Made by a program: the position numbers and the translations under genes. The notes beneath the pieces are model-generated. The model saw nothing but the letters and a program-made list of their open reading frames with translations. It searched no databases and was not told where the DNA came from. Below, piece after piece: positions 35,214 to 42,932 of a DNA stretch of 57,477 bases. The first letter of the stretch is position 1. Each line of letters begins with the position of its first letter. Source of the DNA: Anaerolineales bacterium (lineage in GTDB: Bacteria; Chloroflexota; Anaerolineae; Anaerolineales; UBA4823). The DNA is taken from the NCBI GenBank assembly GCA_035291645.1, contig DATDRQ010000077.1:1-57477 (forward strand), given 5' to 3'.

Positions 35214-36536
35214 TTATTCAGCCAGGAATGTTGCAATACTTGTGCCATCTCCACCGATCCGTTCGACGTAGCAGCCCGCAGCACGCAGGGCGTTCAGGCT
35301 GTCTTCCGGAAAGTCGTGCTCGTTGCCGACCACGGTAACTCGCTCGGCCAGCAGGGCGTCCTCCAACGAAAATCCCAGGGTCGGGCGAAATTTCTTCAGG
35401 TATGGGCGCACTGCAGTCAGGTGCCAGTCGGAAACCCCCCAGGTATAGGCCGGCAGGAGCAAGTAATGGGCGATCGGGTGGGCGCGCTTGCGGATCGGTG
35501 TGAAGCTGTGACCGGAGGCGGTCTTCTCAAGTCGAGAGGCCTGGTGGCGCAGGGCGATCACCGCCGGGTGATGCCCACCGCCGGCGCGGAACCAGGCCCG
35601 CTTCGCCTGGGGATCGTCCTCCCGGCAGCCCAACAGCGAGAAGTGCCCTGCCAGGACTTCCGCCGGGATTACACAGGACGGCGTTTCATTTGCACCGTGA
35701 GCAGTTTGTTCGGCCTGGACTGAAAGCAGGGAATGGGCGATCTGTTGGGCCTGCTGGACCTGGGCGATCTCGTCTTGAGACGGGTTGAATGCGTCGATTC
35801 CGAACAACAGGATGGGCCGCGTGCTCCCCAGGACCGCCTGGGTAATTGCCAGGTACCAGTCGAAGATGCGGAAGCCGCGCTGGTCCTGGCTGCCTGCCGG
35901 GGTAGCATACGGTCGCGAACCAGGCCAGCTCTCGGGGCCTCCCCGGCCCCAGTCCATGGGTTTCTCGCCTACCCGCGCATAAGCGGAGAGTACCAAGTCA
36001 CCGACCAGATTTTCCGGACTGCGCCGCTGCAGTCCGGCCAGAGCGGAGCACAGAAAGGCAGTATCCCAGTAGTCTCCACCAGGTTCGAGGGGCGGAAAGA
36101 CCGGGTTCAATCCTTCTCCGGCGGCGGTGACCGCCAGGGGGATGAAACGGTCCAGGAAGCGCTCGACCAGCTCGTCCTTGGCCCAGGAGTTTGCCGGCCA
36201 GGCCGATCGCCGGTTTGGCCGGTCGAACAGGATCGCGTAATGAACGCCCCAGTGAGAATAGACTGACAGGAGCATAGACAGCTGGTCGGCGTGAGTAGCG
36301 GGCTCCAACGGCAGGGAGAAATGTAGGACCGGCTCAATGCCAGCTTCCAGAAGACCCACCACGAAGCCCTCCGGGATGGCGCGGTCGTGGGGCGCGTGCA
36401 GGCTTAGCCAGGTGGCGCCCATGGCCTGCAGCTCCGGCAACCAGGTGTGCAGGTCTCCCTGGCGGTAGTGCAGGAAATCCGGGAAGTAATGGAAACCCAG
36501 GCGGGTGTTGAGGGCAGGAGTGTGGATACCGGCCAT
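35214..36536 (-). CDS. Hypothetical protein, possibly (beta/alpha)8 glycoside-hydrolase-like
   Basis: ATG at 36536, 5 nt after GGAGAG (the track ORF starts at the TTG at 36563). 440 aa. An alternating strand/helix pattern with conserved acidic and aromatic residues. The fold assignment is only a guess. Confidence 0.7.
   Translation of the reverse strand: MAGIHTPALNTRLGFHYFPDFLHYRQGDLHTWLPELQAMGATWLSLHAPHDRAIPEGFVVGLLEAGIEPVLHFSLPLEPATHADQLSMLLSVYSHWGVHYAILFDRPNRRSAWPANSWAKDELVERFLDRFIPLAVTAAGEGLNPVFPPLEPGGDYWDTAFLCSALAGLQRRSPENLVGDLVLSAYARVGEKPMDWGRGGPESWPGSRPYATPAGSQDQRGFRIFDWYLAITQAVLGSTRPILLFGIDAFNPSQDEIAQVQQAQQIAHSLLSVQAEQTAHGANETPSCVIPAEVLAGHFSLLGCREDDPQAKRAWFRAGGGHHPAVIALRHQASRLEKTASGHSFTPIRKRAHPIAHYLLLPAYTWGVSDWHLTAVRPYLKKFRPTLGFSLEDALLAERVTVVGNEHDFPEDSLNALRAAGCYVERIGGDGTSIATFLAE
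35232..35247 (-). promoter_or_regulatory. Sigma54 (-24/-12) promoter upstream of ftsZ
   Basis: The minus strand reads TGGCAC-AAGTA-TTGCA, which matches all 11 specified bases of TGGCAC-N5-TTGCW. It lies inside the last codons of the upstream CDS. Predicted TSS ~35222. Confidence 0.7.
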
Positions 36537-36598
36537 GTGTTCTCTCCAGGCAGATCGATGCAAGAGGTGTGCCAGGAGAATTGGCCGGTCGAATTTTT

Positions 36599-37765
36599 CT
36601 AGCGACCCGTGACGATCTCCGGCGGCAGGTGGCCCAGGTCGATGGCAGCCTCGTCGCAGAACAACATGGCGCGCTCGATCACGTTGCGCACCTCGCGCAC
36701 GTTGCCGGGCCAGTCGTACTCCAGCAGTGCCTGCATGGCGCGCGGGGTGATATCGGTGATATTCAGCCCCATGCGCAGGTTATTCTGGCGGATGAATAGC
36801 CCAACCAGCTCGGGAAGGTCCTCTTTGCGCTCTCTTAGAGGGGGGAGGTGCAGGTCAACGACCTTCAACCGGTAGTACAGGTCCTCGCGGAACTCGCCGC
36901 GCTTGACCATTTCCGGCAGGTTGCGATTGGAAGCTGCGATCACCATCACGTCGACCTTGATCAAATTCGTGCCGCCCACCCGGCGGAAGCTGCGTTCCTC
37001 CAAGGCGCGCAACAGTTTGGCCTGGATATCGGTAGGTGTGGAGGCGATCTCGTCCAGGAACAGAATGCCTTCGTTGGCGACCTCCATCAGGCCGGGCTTG
37101 CGCTTCTCGGCGCTGGTGAAAGCGCCGGCCTCGTAGCCAAACAGCTCGGCTTCCAATACCGTGCTCTGGATGGCGGGGCAGCTGACGTCGATAAAAGGCT
37201 TGTCACGGCGCGGCCCCATCTGGTGGATCGCCCGCGCCAGGACTTCCTTGCCGGTGCCGGTCTCCCCAGTGATCAGGACCGAGACCGAGGCAATTGCAGC
37301 CCGCCGGGCGTGGTCGAGCAGGGTCTGCATGGCGGGGCTCTTGCCGGCGACGAAGTCGATCTGTTGTGCGCTGCGGAAATGGTCCAGCTCGCGGCGCATC
37401 GAGACGATCTCACCGGCGCGCTGCAGGGATTGCAGCAGCTGGGGCATATCGATCGGTTTGCCAAGGAAATCGTGCGCCCCATTTTTCATCGCCTCGACCG
37501 CCATGTCCACCTCGCCGAAGGCTGTCATCAGGATGATCGGCGGGCGGTGGTGCATGGAGAGCGTCTCTTCCAGCAGGATGGGACCGTAGCCGTCCTGGAG
37601 CATCACGTCGAGCAGGATGATGTCGGCGCTGCCACGCTGGATCTGCCGGCGGGCTTCAGCCAGGCTGGCGGCGCCGATCACTTCATACCCGTGCGCGCTC
37701 AACAGGCTCTCAATATTCAAGCGGAAGTTCTCCTCATCATCTACCACTAAGATCGTAAAACCCAT
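36599..37765 (-). CDS. Sigma54-dependent response regulator (REC + AAA+), lacking a C-terminal DNA-binding domain
   Basis: 388 aa. REC domain (ILVVDDEE, IILLDVML). Walker A GETGTGKE, sigma54-contact loop GAFTSA, Walker B ILFLDEI, DWPGNVREVRN. The protein ends ~25 aa after that block, with no HTH_8/Fis segment. Confidence 0.9.
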   Translation of the reverse strand: MGFTILVVDDEENFRLNIESLLSAHGYEVIGAASLAEARRQIQRGSADIILLDVMLQDGYGPILLEETLSMHHRPPIILMTAFGEVDMAVEAMKNGAHDFLGKPIDMPQLLQSLQRAGEIVSMRRELDHFRSAQQIDFVAGKSPAMQTLLDHARRAAIASVSVLITGETGTGKEVLARAIHQMGPRRDKPFIDVSCPAIQSTVLEAELFGYEAGAFTSAEKRKPGLMEVANEGILFLDEIASTPTDIQAKLLRALEERSFRRVGGTNLIKVDVMVIAASNRNLPEMVKRGEFREDLYYRLKVVDLHLPPLRERKEDLPELVGLFIRQNNLRMGLNITDITPRAMQALLEYDWPGNVREVRNVIERAMLFCDEAAIDLGHLPPEIVTGR

Positions 37766-37858
37766 TGCTTAAGACCTCCACATGATTATTCTCTTAGATG
37801 TATCGCAGTTCAAGGGGATTACGCCCCCATCTTCCTGCCAACTGCGTAAGTCCTATTT

Positions 37859-39832
37859 CTATTCGTTGGCCTGGATTAAGGGGAATTGCACCTGGAAAAC
37901 CGTCCCTCCGGGGACGCTGGAAACCTGGATATTGCCCTTATGGGCGGTCACGATCCGCTTGGCAATGGCTAATCCCAGACCGGTGCCGTTGCGGTTGGTG
38001 GTGAAGAACGGCTCGAAGATGCGTACCCGGATGTCCTCCGGGATGCCTGGTCCATCATCGATGATATTGACCTCCACATGCTCGCGCGCGCCTACTGTAG
38101 GTCCGGGGCGGACCTGGATCGAAAGGTTTCCACCGGAGGAACTCATCGCTTCGACGGCGTTGCCGATCAGGTTGTTGAAGACCTGTTCCAGATTGCGCAG
38201 GTCACCTAGAATGGTGGTGTTGTGGGCGCTGTTCTTGACCTCCTGGCGCACGTTGAGGCGCGCCAGCCGCGGGCGCCAGCGGTCGACCAGAGCCGGGATA
38301 ATCACAGCCAGCTCCACCGGCTCCGGCCGTGCTTCCGCCGGGCGCGAAAAGGACAGCACGGACTGCATCAGGTGGGTCAGGCGATTGCAGTCCTGGTTGA
38401 GGCGGGTGATCAAATCCTGGTTGGGGTCGTCCTGGGGCAAATTGAGCGCCAGGACCTGCAGACCGGTGCTGATGTTGTTGATCGGGTTGCGTACCTCGTG
38501 AGCGAAGATGGCGGTGATCTCGCCCAGCAAGGCGCGCTGTTCGAGCTGCTGGTTGCGCACCTGGAATTGCTCGTGCTCGCTGAGATCTCGCAAAAGGACG
38601 ATAACGCCTTCCAGGTTATCGCCGACTATCAACGGGAGCATGCGGATACGAGCCGGAAAAGCGGTGCCATCCCGGCGGTGGAGGCGCACGTCGCCCAGGT
38701 TGGGCGTCGGGATGCCCTGCAGGGCAGCCTGCAAGGCCGGGATCAAGTTGTCTGGGCCGATCAGCACATCACCCACCGGTTGGTCGAGCACCTCCCGCGT
38801 GGCGTAGCCGAGGATCTCCTCGGCAGCCGGGTTAAGGTCGACGACCCCCAATTCGCGGGTCAGGGTCAAGATACCGTCCTGGCTGGCACCCCAGACCACC
38901 GCGTTGAAGCGCGCCGCGCGCAGAGCTTCGGTTTCATTATCGACCAGGTTGGAGCGCAGGCTTTCCTGCTCGATCAGGCCGGTGATCGTGGCGGCGACGA
39001 TGCGTAGCAGGGGAAGATGATCCTCGCGCAGCAGCCCACCTGGGTCAGCGCTGATCAGCAACCCGACCACGGCTTCTTCGGCGCCGAGTGGGGCGCTGGC
39101 CAGGTAAGCCAGCTTGGCAGCCCGGGCGGCGCGTTGTAATTCGGTCGCAGCGCGCTTCCCGGGGGCCCAGGGGGTAGCCTGGAGAAGTTGGGGAACCTCT
39201 GCGGCCGGGATCTGCTCGGGGAAAACCTCTGTCTCTGCAGAGGTGGGAGACATGTTGAAGGTGTAGGCGCGCACCAGGCTGGGCTGGTTCGGGCGAGCCA
39301 GGTAGACCGCCAGCAGGCCTGCGCCGGTCAGGCGGTGGCAGGCAGCCAGAGCCAGCTGGACGGCCTGTCCGGTGCTGTGAGCTGTCGCACAGCCGGCCAG
39401 ATGAGTCAGCTCTTCCAGGCGCGCGGCCTGGCGCTGCTGCTCGGCGCGCTGCTGCTGATGGGTGGAAACCGGTTCGAGGGTGACCAGGAACCAGGATTTC
39501 TGCGGGTCGAGCCCTATGTGGGTGGCGATCACCTCGACCGATCCACCCTGGCGCAAGGGCAGGTTCGCCAGCCTGCTGCCTGGGGATAGTTGGGAGGCCG
39601 CCGCGGGATAGGCTGGCTCGAACAGCATATCAGGATCGAGCGCGGTCAGCTCCGCGCGCGTGAATGCGGTCAGCTCGGTTGCCCGCGCGTTGGCGAGCAG
39701 GAAGTGACCGGCAGGCTTATCCCATAACAGGGCAGGCTGGGGCAGCAGGTCGATCAGGGCCCCCAGGTCCGCTAGAGAGGGCTGGCGACGGTTGAGCAGG
39801 GGCAGGCTTGGGATGCGTAACGGTTTGATCAT
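37859..39832 (-). CDS. Soluble sensor histidine kinase (PAS-GAF-PAS-HisKA-HATPase)
   Basis: 657 aa with no TM helices. H-box FAHEVRNPINNI, N-box NLIGNAVEAM, G1 DDGPGIP, G2 GTGLGLAIAK. ATGA overlap with the rpoN stop. Confidence 0.9.
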   Translation of the reverse strand: MIKPLRIPSLPLLNRRQPSLADLGALIDLLPQPALLWDKPAGHFLLANARATELTAFTRAELTALDPDMLFEPAYPAAASQLSPGSRLANLPLRQGGSVEVIATHIGLDPQKSWFLVTLEPVSTHQQQRAEQQRQAARLEELTHLAGCATAHSTGQAVQLALAACHRLTGAGLLAVYLARPNQPSLVRAYTFNMSPTSAETEVFPEQIPAAEVPQLLQATPWAPGKRAATELQRAARAAKLAYLASAPLGAEEAVVGLLISADPGGLLREDHLPLLRIVAATITGLIEQESLRSNLVDNETEALRAARFNAVVWGASQDGILTLTRELGVVDLNPAAEEILGYATREVLDQPVGDVLIGPDNLIPALQAALQGIPTPNLGDVRLHRRDGTAFPARIRMLPLIVGDNLEGVIVLLRDLSEHEQFQVRNQQLEQRALLGEITAIFAHEVRNPINNISTGLQVLALNLPQDDPNQDLITRLNQDCNRLTHLMQSVLSFSRPAEARPEPVELAVIIPALVDRWRPRLARLNVRQEVKNSAHNTTILGDLRNLEQVFNNLIGNAVEAMSSSGGNLSIQVRPGPTVGAREHVEVNIIDDGPGIPEDIRVRIFEPFFTTNRNGTGLGLAIAKRIVTAHKGNIQVSSVPGGTVFQVQFPLIQANE

Positions 39833-41256
39833 GCGGCACCGGCAAGCGAGCCGGCCTGACGAAGGTGGGAGGGCAGGATGCCTTCCATGGCGCGGTATTT
39901 GGCGACCGTTCGCCGGGCTACAGAGAAGCCCAGGTGATTCAATAGATTAACGATCTCGTTGTCGCTCAGGGGGCTGGTCTCCTGATCGATAATCGTTTTC
40001 AAGACCGCACGCACGTGCAGACTGCGGTCGAAGAACTTGGACAGTGGGACGATGTGCCCGCTGGGCAGCTGCACGCTTTTCCCAGAGACGGCCCGCGAGA
40101 TGGTCGATTCGTGCACCTGTAGCTCATCGGCCAGGCTGGCGCGAGTGAGCGGCTGGAGGCATTCGTCTCCGTTCAGGATGAACTCGCGCTGCAGGACGGC
40201 GATGCGGCGCATCAGGCGGACCAGGGTGTTGTTGCGCTGCTGCAGGCACTTGACCAACAGCTCGGCCTGCTCCATGTCTGAGCGCCAGACGTCCGCTTTT
40301 TCGGGGGGCGCCTCGCCCAGCGAGTGGCGGAAAAGCGGGTTGACGCGCAGCAGCCCGGCGAAAGGCGAGATGACTTCTATCATCAATACGGTGCCCGGCC
40401 CATCCTGCAACCAGTTGATCACGACATCGGGGTAGACGTAAACGGAGGGCGTCGCCCCGTGTCCCTGGCGAATATCGCCCCACCAGGCGCGCGCCGGGAA
40501 CGGGTTCAGGTTATCGCCGATGAAAGTGGCGATCTCCTGGGCACGCCGGGCTGGGACACCCAACAGCCGTCCCAACTCGCCGTACTGGTGGCGGCTCATC
40601 AGGTCGAGCCCCTGACGGATAGCCTGGGCAGCCAGCGAGGGCACCGGGCGGGTCTCAGCCAGGACTTCCAGCTGTGCGAGCAGCGCCTCCTGCGGGGATG
40701 TCGATCCCACACCGACCGGTTCCGCCCGCTGAATCTGGTGCAGTACCTTTTCGACCCGTTCCAGAGTTGCGTGGTGGTAGCGGGCGATCTCTCCCAGGGG
40801 GACTTCGAGCAGGCCGTCCTCGTCCAGGTTGGAGAGGATGTGCGCCGCTAAACGCCTGTCCTCGAAGGCCAGTTCGGGAGCGATCTGGCGCAACACGAAG
40901 GTCGGCAGATCCTCGACCGCCTGGGGCAGGTTTTCTTCCGGCTGGTCCATGGGATCGGTCCGGCGGGAAGGGTAGAAATCCTGGCGGGGGGAGACGAACA
41001 CAATCGGCTGGTCGAGCCCGGCTGCGTGGCTGGCGGCGCAGCGCGGGCAGGCGCTGGATTCAGGAAAGGCCATCCCGCAGCCGGGGCAGCGGCGTGTGTC
41101 GCGCAGCTCCAGGGCCGGGTTTTTCGCCAGGGCGGCCTCGATCTTTTGGTCCAGCTCGGCTGCCGAGAGCTCCAGCAAGGCCATGGTTTGAGCCAGATGG
41201 GCAGTGGTCAGGGGGCGAAGAGCGGTTGTGTGGCGAAGGTGTGTGGATTGGAACAT
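39829..41256 (-). CDS. rpoN: RNA polymerase sigma-54 factor
   Basis: ATG at 41256 (the track ORF starts further upstream). Region I LTTAHLAQTMALLELSAAELDQKIEAALAKNPALE. RpoN box ARRTVAKYR near the C-terminus. A CPGC...CPRC segment follows region I. Confidence 0.92.
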   Translation of the reverse strand: MFQSTHLRHTTALRPLTTAHLAQTMALLELSAAELDQKIEAALAKNPALELRDTRRCPGCGMAFPESSACPRCAASHAAGLDQPIVFVSPRQDFYPSRRTDPMDQPEENLPQAVEDLPTFVLRQIAPELAFEDRRLAAHILSNLDEDGLLEVPLGEIARYHHATLERVEKVLHQIQRAEPVGVGSTSPQEALLAQLEVLAETRPVPSLAAQAIRQGLDLMSRHQYGELGRLLGVPARRAQEIATFIGDNLNPFPARAWWGDIRQGHGATPSVYVYPDVVINWLQDGPGTVLMIEVISPFAGLLRVNPLFRHSLGEAPPEKADVWRSDMEQAELLVKCLQQRNNTLVRLMRRIAVLQREFILNGDECLQPLTRASLADELQVHESTISRAVSGKSVQLPSGHIVPLSKFFDRSLHVRAVLKTIIDQETSPLSDNEIVNLLNHLGFSVARRTVAKYRAMEGILPSHLRQAGSLAGAA

Positions 41257-41312
41257 AAGGTTAACCCAGGGAATTGGAATGGATAGGCAAGAAAACAGTG
41301 TCCATACCTGGT

Positions 41313-41328
41313 TGCAAGATTTGTGCCC
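41313..41328 (-). promoter_or_regulatory. Sigma54 (-24/-12) promoter-like motif upstream of rpoN
   Basis: The minus strand reads GGGCAC-AAATC-TTGCA, 10 of 11 consensus bases with correct GG-N10-GC spacing. The -12 GC lies 58 nt before the rpoN ATG. Over GGCACAAnTnTTGCAAC it is identical to the ftsZ site at 15 of 17 positions. Confidence 0.6.
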
Positions 41329-41494
41329 GCTAAACACGCGTATTATAAGTCGATTAACCCCCAGAATCGATTGGCTGACAGTTTTGTCAGCTTACTTCAG
41401 GACGCTTGAGCTTATAGGTCTAGTCTAGAAATACCGCTGTGCTCACCGGAATGTATCGGTGTTCTTCGCCACTGATTCTGTGACCAGGCTAATC

Positions 41495-41995
41495 CTAGGG
41501 CGAATTCGGCGGCGGGGCGACCTGCACCATCGTCGTGCTGCCGTCGGGGTTGGTCAGGATGACGGCAATATTGGTTGCGCCTGCCCGAGGAACCAACACA
41601 TGACCACTGCAGCTGCCGACCCACTGGTCGGCGACGCCCAGATGCGGGTAGAGGGTACAGTCGGGGGGCGCCGTCTGGGTCTCGGTATCGATCGGCTGGT
41701 CGGCGATGCGCCAGCCCGCCATGCGCCACTGGTCGGGTAAAAGCTCGGTCGAGGCGACGAACAGGTTGCCGTCGAAGGCGACCATGCCCTCGGGTGATCC
41801 ACCTGGCTGAGAGACATCGGGAGCCGCAGGGTCGGCCGGTTGGTCGTTGCCCGGATTGTAAATCGCCGGGGAGACGCCGCCCCCGGAGCCGGAGGGGGTC
41901 ATCGGGCTGTTACCGCCATCCGGGGTGCAGGCAGCCAGCGCCAGGGATAGCAGGGCGAGAGAGAGCATTATGAGGGTTTCAGGTATTTTTTGCAT
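41495..41995 (-). CDS. Small secreted lipoprotein, function unknown
   Basis: ATG at 41995, 8 nt after GGAGG. Signal peptide with lipobox LAAC. Confidence 0.7.
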   Translation of the reverse strand: MQKIPETLIMLSLALLSLALAACTPDGGNSPMTPSGSGGGVSPAIYNPGNDQPADPAAPDVSQPGGSPEGMVAFDGNLFVASTELLPDQWRMAGWRIADQPIDTETQTAPPDCTLYPHLGVADQWVGSCSGHVLVPRAGATNIAVILTNPDGSTTMVQVAPPPNSP

Positions 41996-42077
41996 CACCC
42001 CGGCCTCCACGAACTGAGGATGAAGGGATCAGGTCAAGACTTAGCTAAATGGATGCAAGAAGCAGGCCAGAGGGATC

Positions 42078-42103
42078 AAAAAAGCCCGCTGTGGCGGGCT
42101 TTT
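42078..42103 (-). terminator. Intrinsic terminator downstream of tRNA-Arg
   Basis: AGCCCGC, a 4-nt loop, GCGGGCT, flanked by A6 and T4. On the minus strand the hairpin is followed by TTTTTT. Confidence 0.65.
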
Positions 42104-42106
42104 GGC

Positions 42107-42181
42107 TGGTACCCCCACCGCGACTCGAACGCGGGTTTCTACCTCCGGAGGGTAGCGCTCTATCCACTGAGCTATGGGGGC
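42107..42181 (-). tRNA. tRNA-Arg (anticodon CCG), CCA encoded
   Basis: The reverse complement folds as a cloverleaf. Acceptor GCCCCCA/TGGGGGT (pair 1-72 is G-U), D-arm GCTC/GAGC, anticodon stem CTACC/GGTAG with loop CU-CCG-GA, T-arm CCGCG-TTCGAGT-CGCGG, then ACCA. Confidence 0.9.
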
Positions 42182-42251
42182 CTGGGTCGAATTTTACCAC
42201 ATTCAGGCTTATAGTCTCATGGTCTGATGGTCATATAGGAAATCGATCAGA

Positions 42252-42932
42252 CTATGAGACAAATATCAGCCGGGTGCGCTCGATCCGCGCCGCGCTTGGA
42301 TCGTAATCTAACGCCGCGAGCACCTCTTCCGGGCGGCCGGTGCGGCCTTCCTGCGCCGCCAGAAGCATGCGCAGCCGCTGGCGGCCAGCTTCATCCGGCG
42401 GCATGGGTTCCAGCGCCTCGATCAGCGGCCTCAGGTCGTAAGGCTTGCCGCGCCGTTCACGCGGTAAGCTGTCTGCCCGTAACAGGCCGTCCAACCGGTC
42501 CTCCAATCCATCGACCGGATCGAGCAGGGTAACCGTATACTCCGCCGCCTGGACGCGTGTTTGCAGGGCGGGCTCTGCCAGCTCGACCGGTTGCATCTCC
42601 AGCAGGCGCAATCCGGGCGGCAGAGCGCCCTCCAGCGCAACGCGGATCTGGTCCAGCGAGCGCCCGTTTTCCCCCAGCCAGGTGTCCATCAACTCGCAGC
42701 GGCTGGTGAAACCCAGCGGCAAGGCCGCGGCCAACTGCAGCCTGGGGCGCGGGTTGAAGCCCTGGTTGTAGATCAGGGGCAGGTCGGCCCGGCGCATGGT
42801 CCGCTCCCAGGCCTTGTGCAGGTCCAGGTGGGAGGTATAGCGCATGGCGTCGGTCTTGGCGAAGGTGAGGCGCAGGCGGATCAAATTTAATTGCTTACCG
42901 CTACCCGCTTCTTCGGCGAGACCTGCGGGCAC
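42252..42932 (-). CDS. Radical-SAM-associated protein (TIGR03936/DUF2344 family)
   Basis: 226 aa. RLRLTFAKTDAMRYTSHLDLHKAWERTMRRADLPLIYNQGFNPRP is the family hallmark. The start is uncertain because it overlaps the upstream gene by 46 nt. Confidence 0.8.
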   Translation of the reverse strand: MPAGLAEEAGSGKQLNLIRLRLTFAKTDAMRYTSHLDLHKAWERTMRRADLPLIYNQGFNPRPRLQLAAALPLGFTSRCELMDTWLGENGRSLDQIRVALEGALPPGLRLLEMQPVELAEPALQTRVQAAEYTVTLLDPVDGLEDRLDGLLRADSLPRERRGKPYDLRPLIEALEPMPPDEAGRQRLRMLLAAQEGRTGRPEEVLAALDYDPSAARIERTRLIFVS

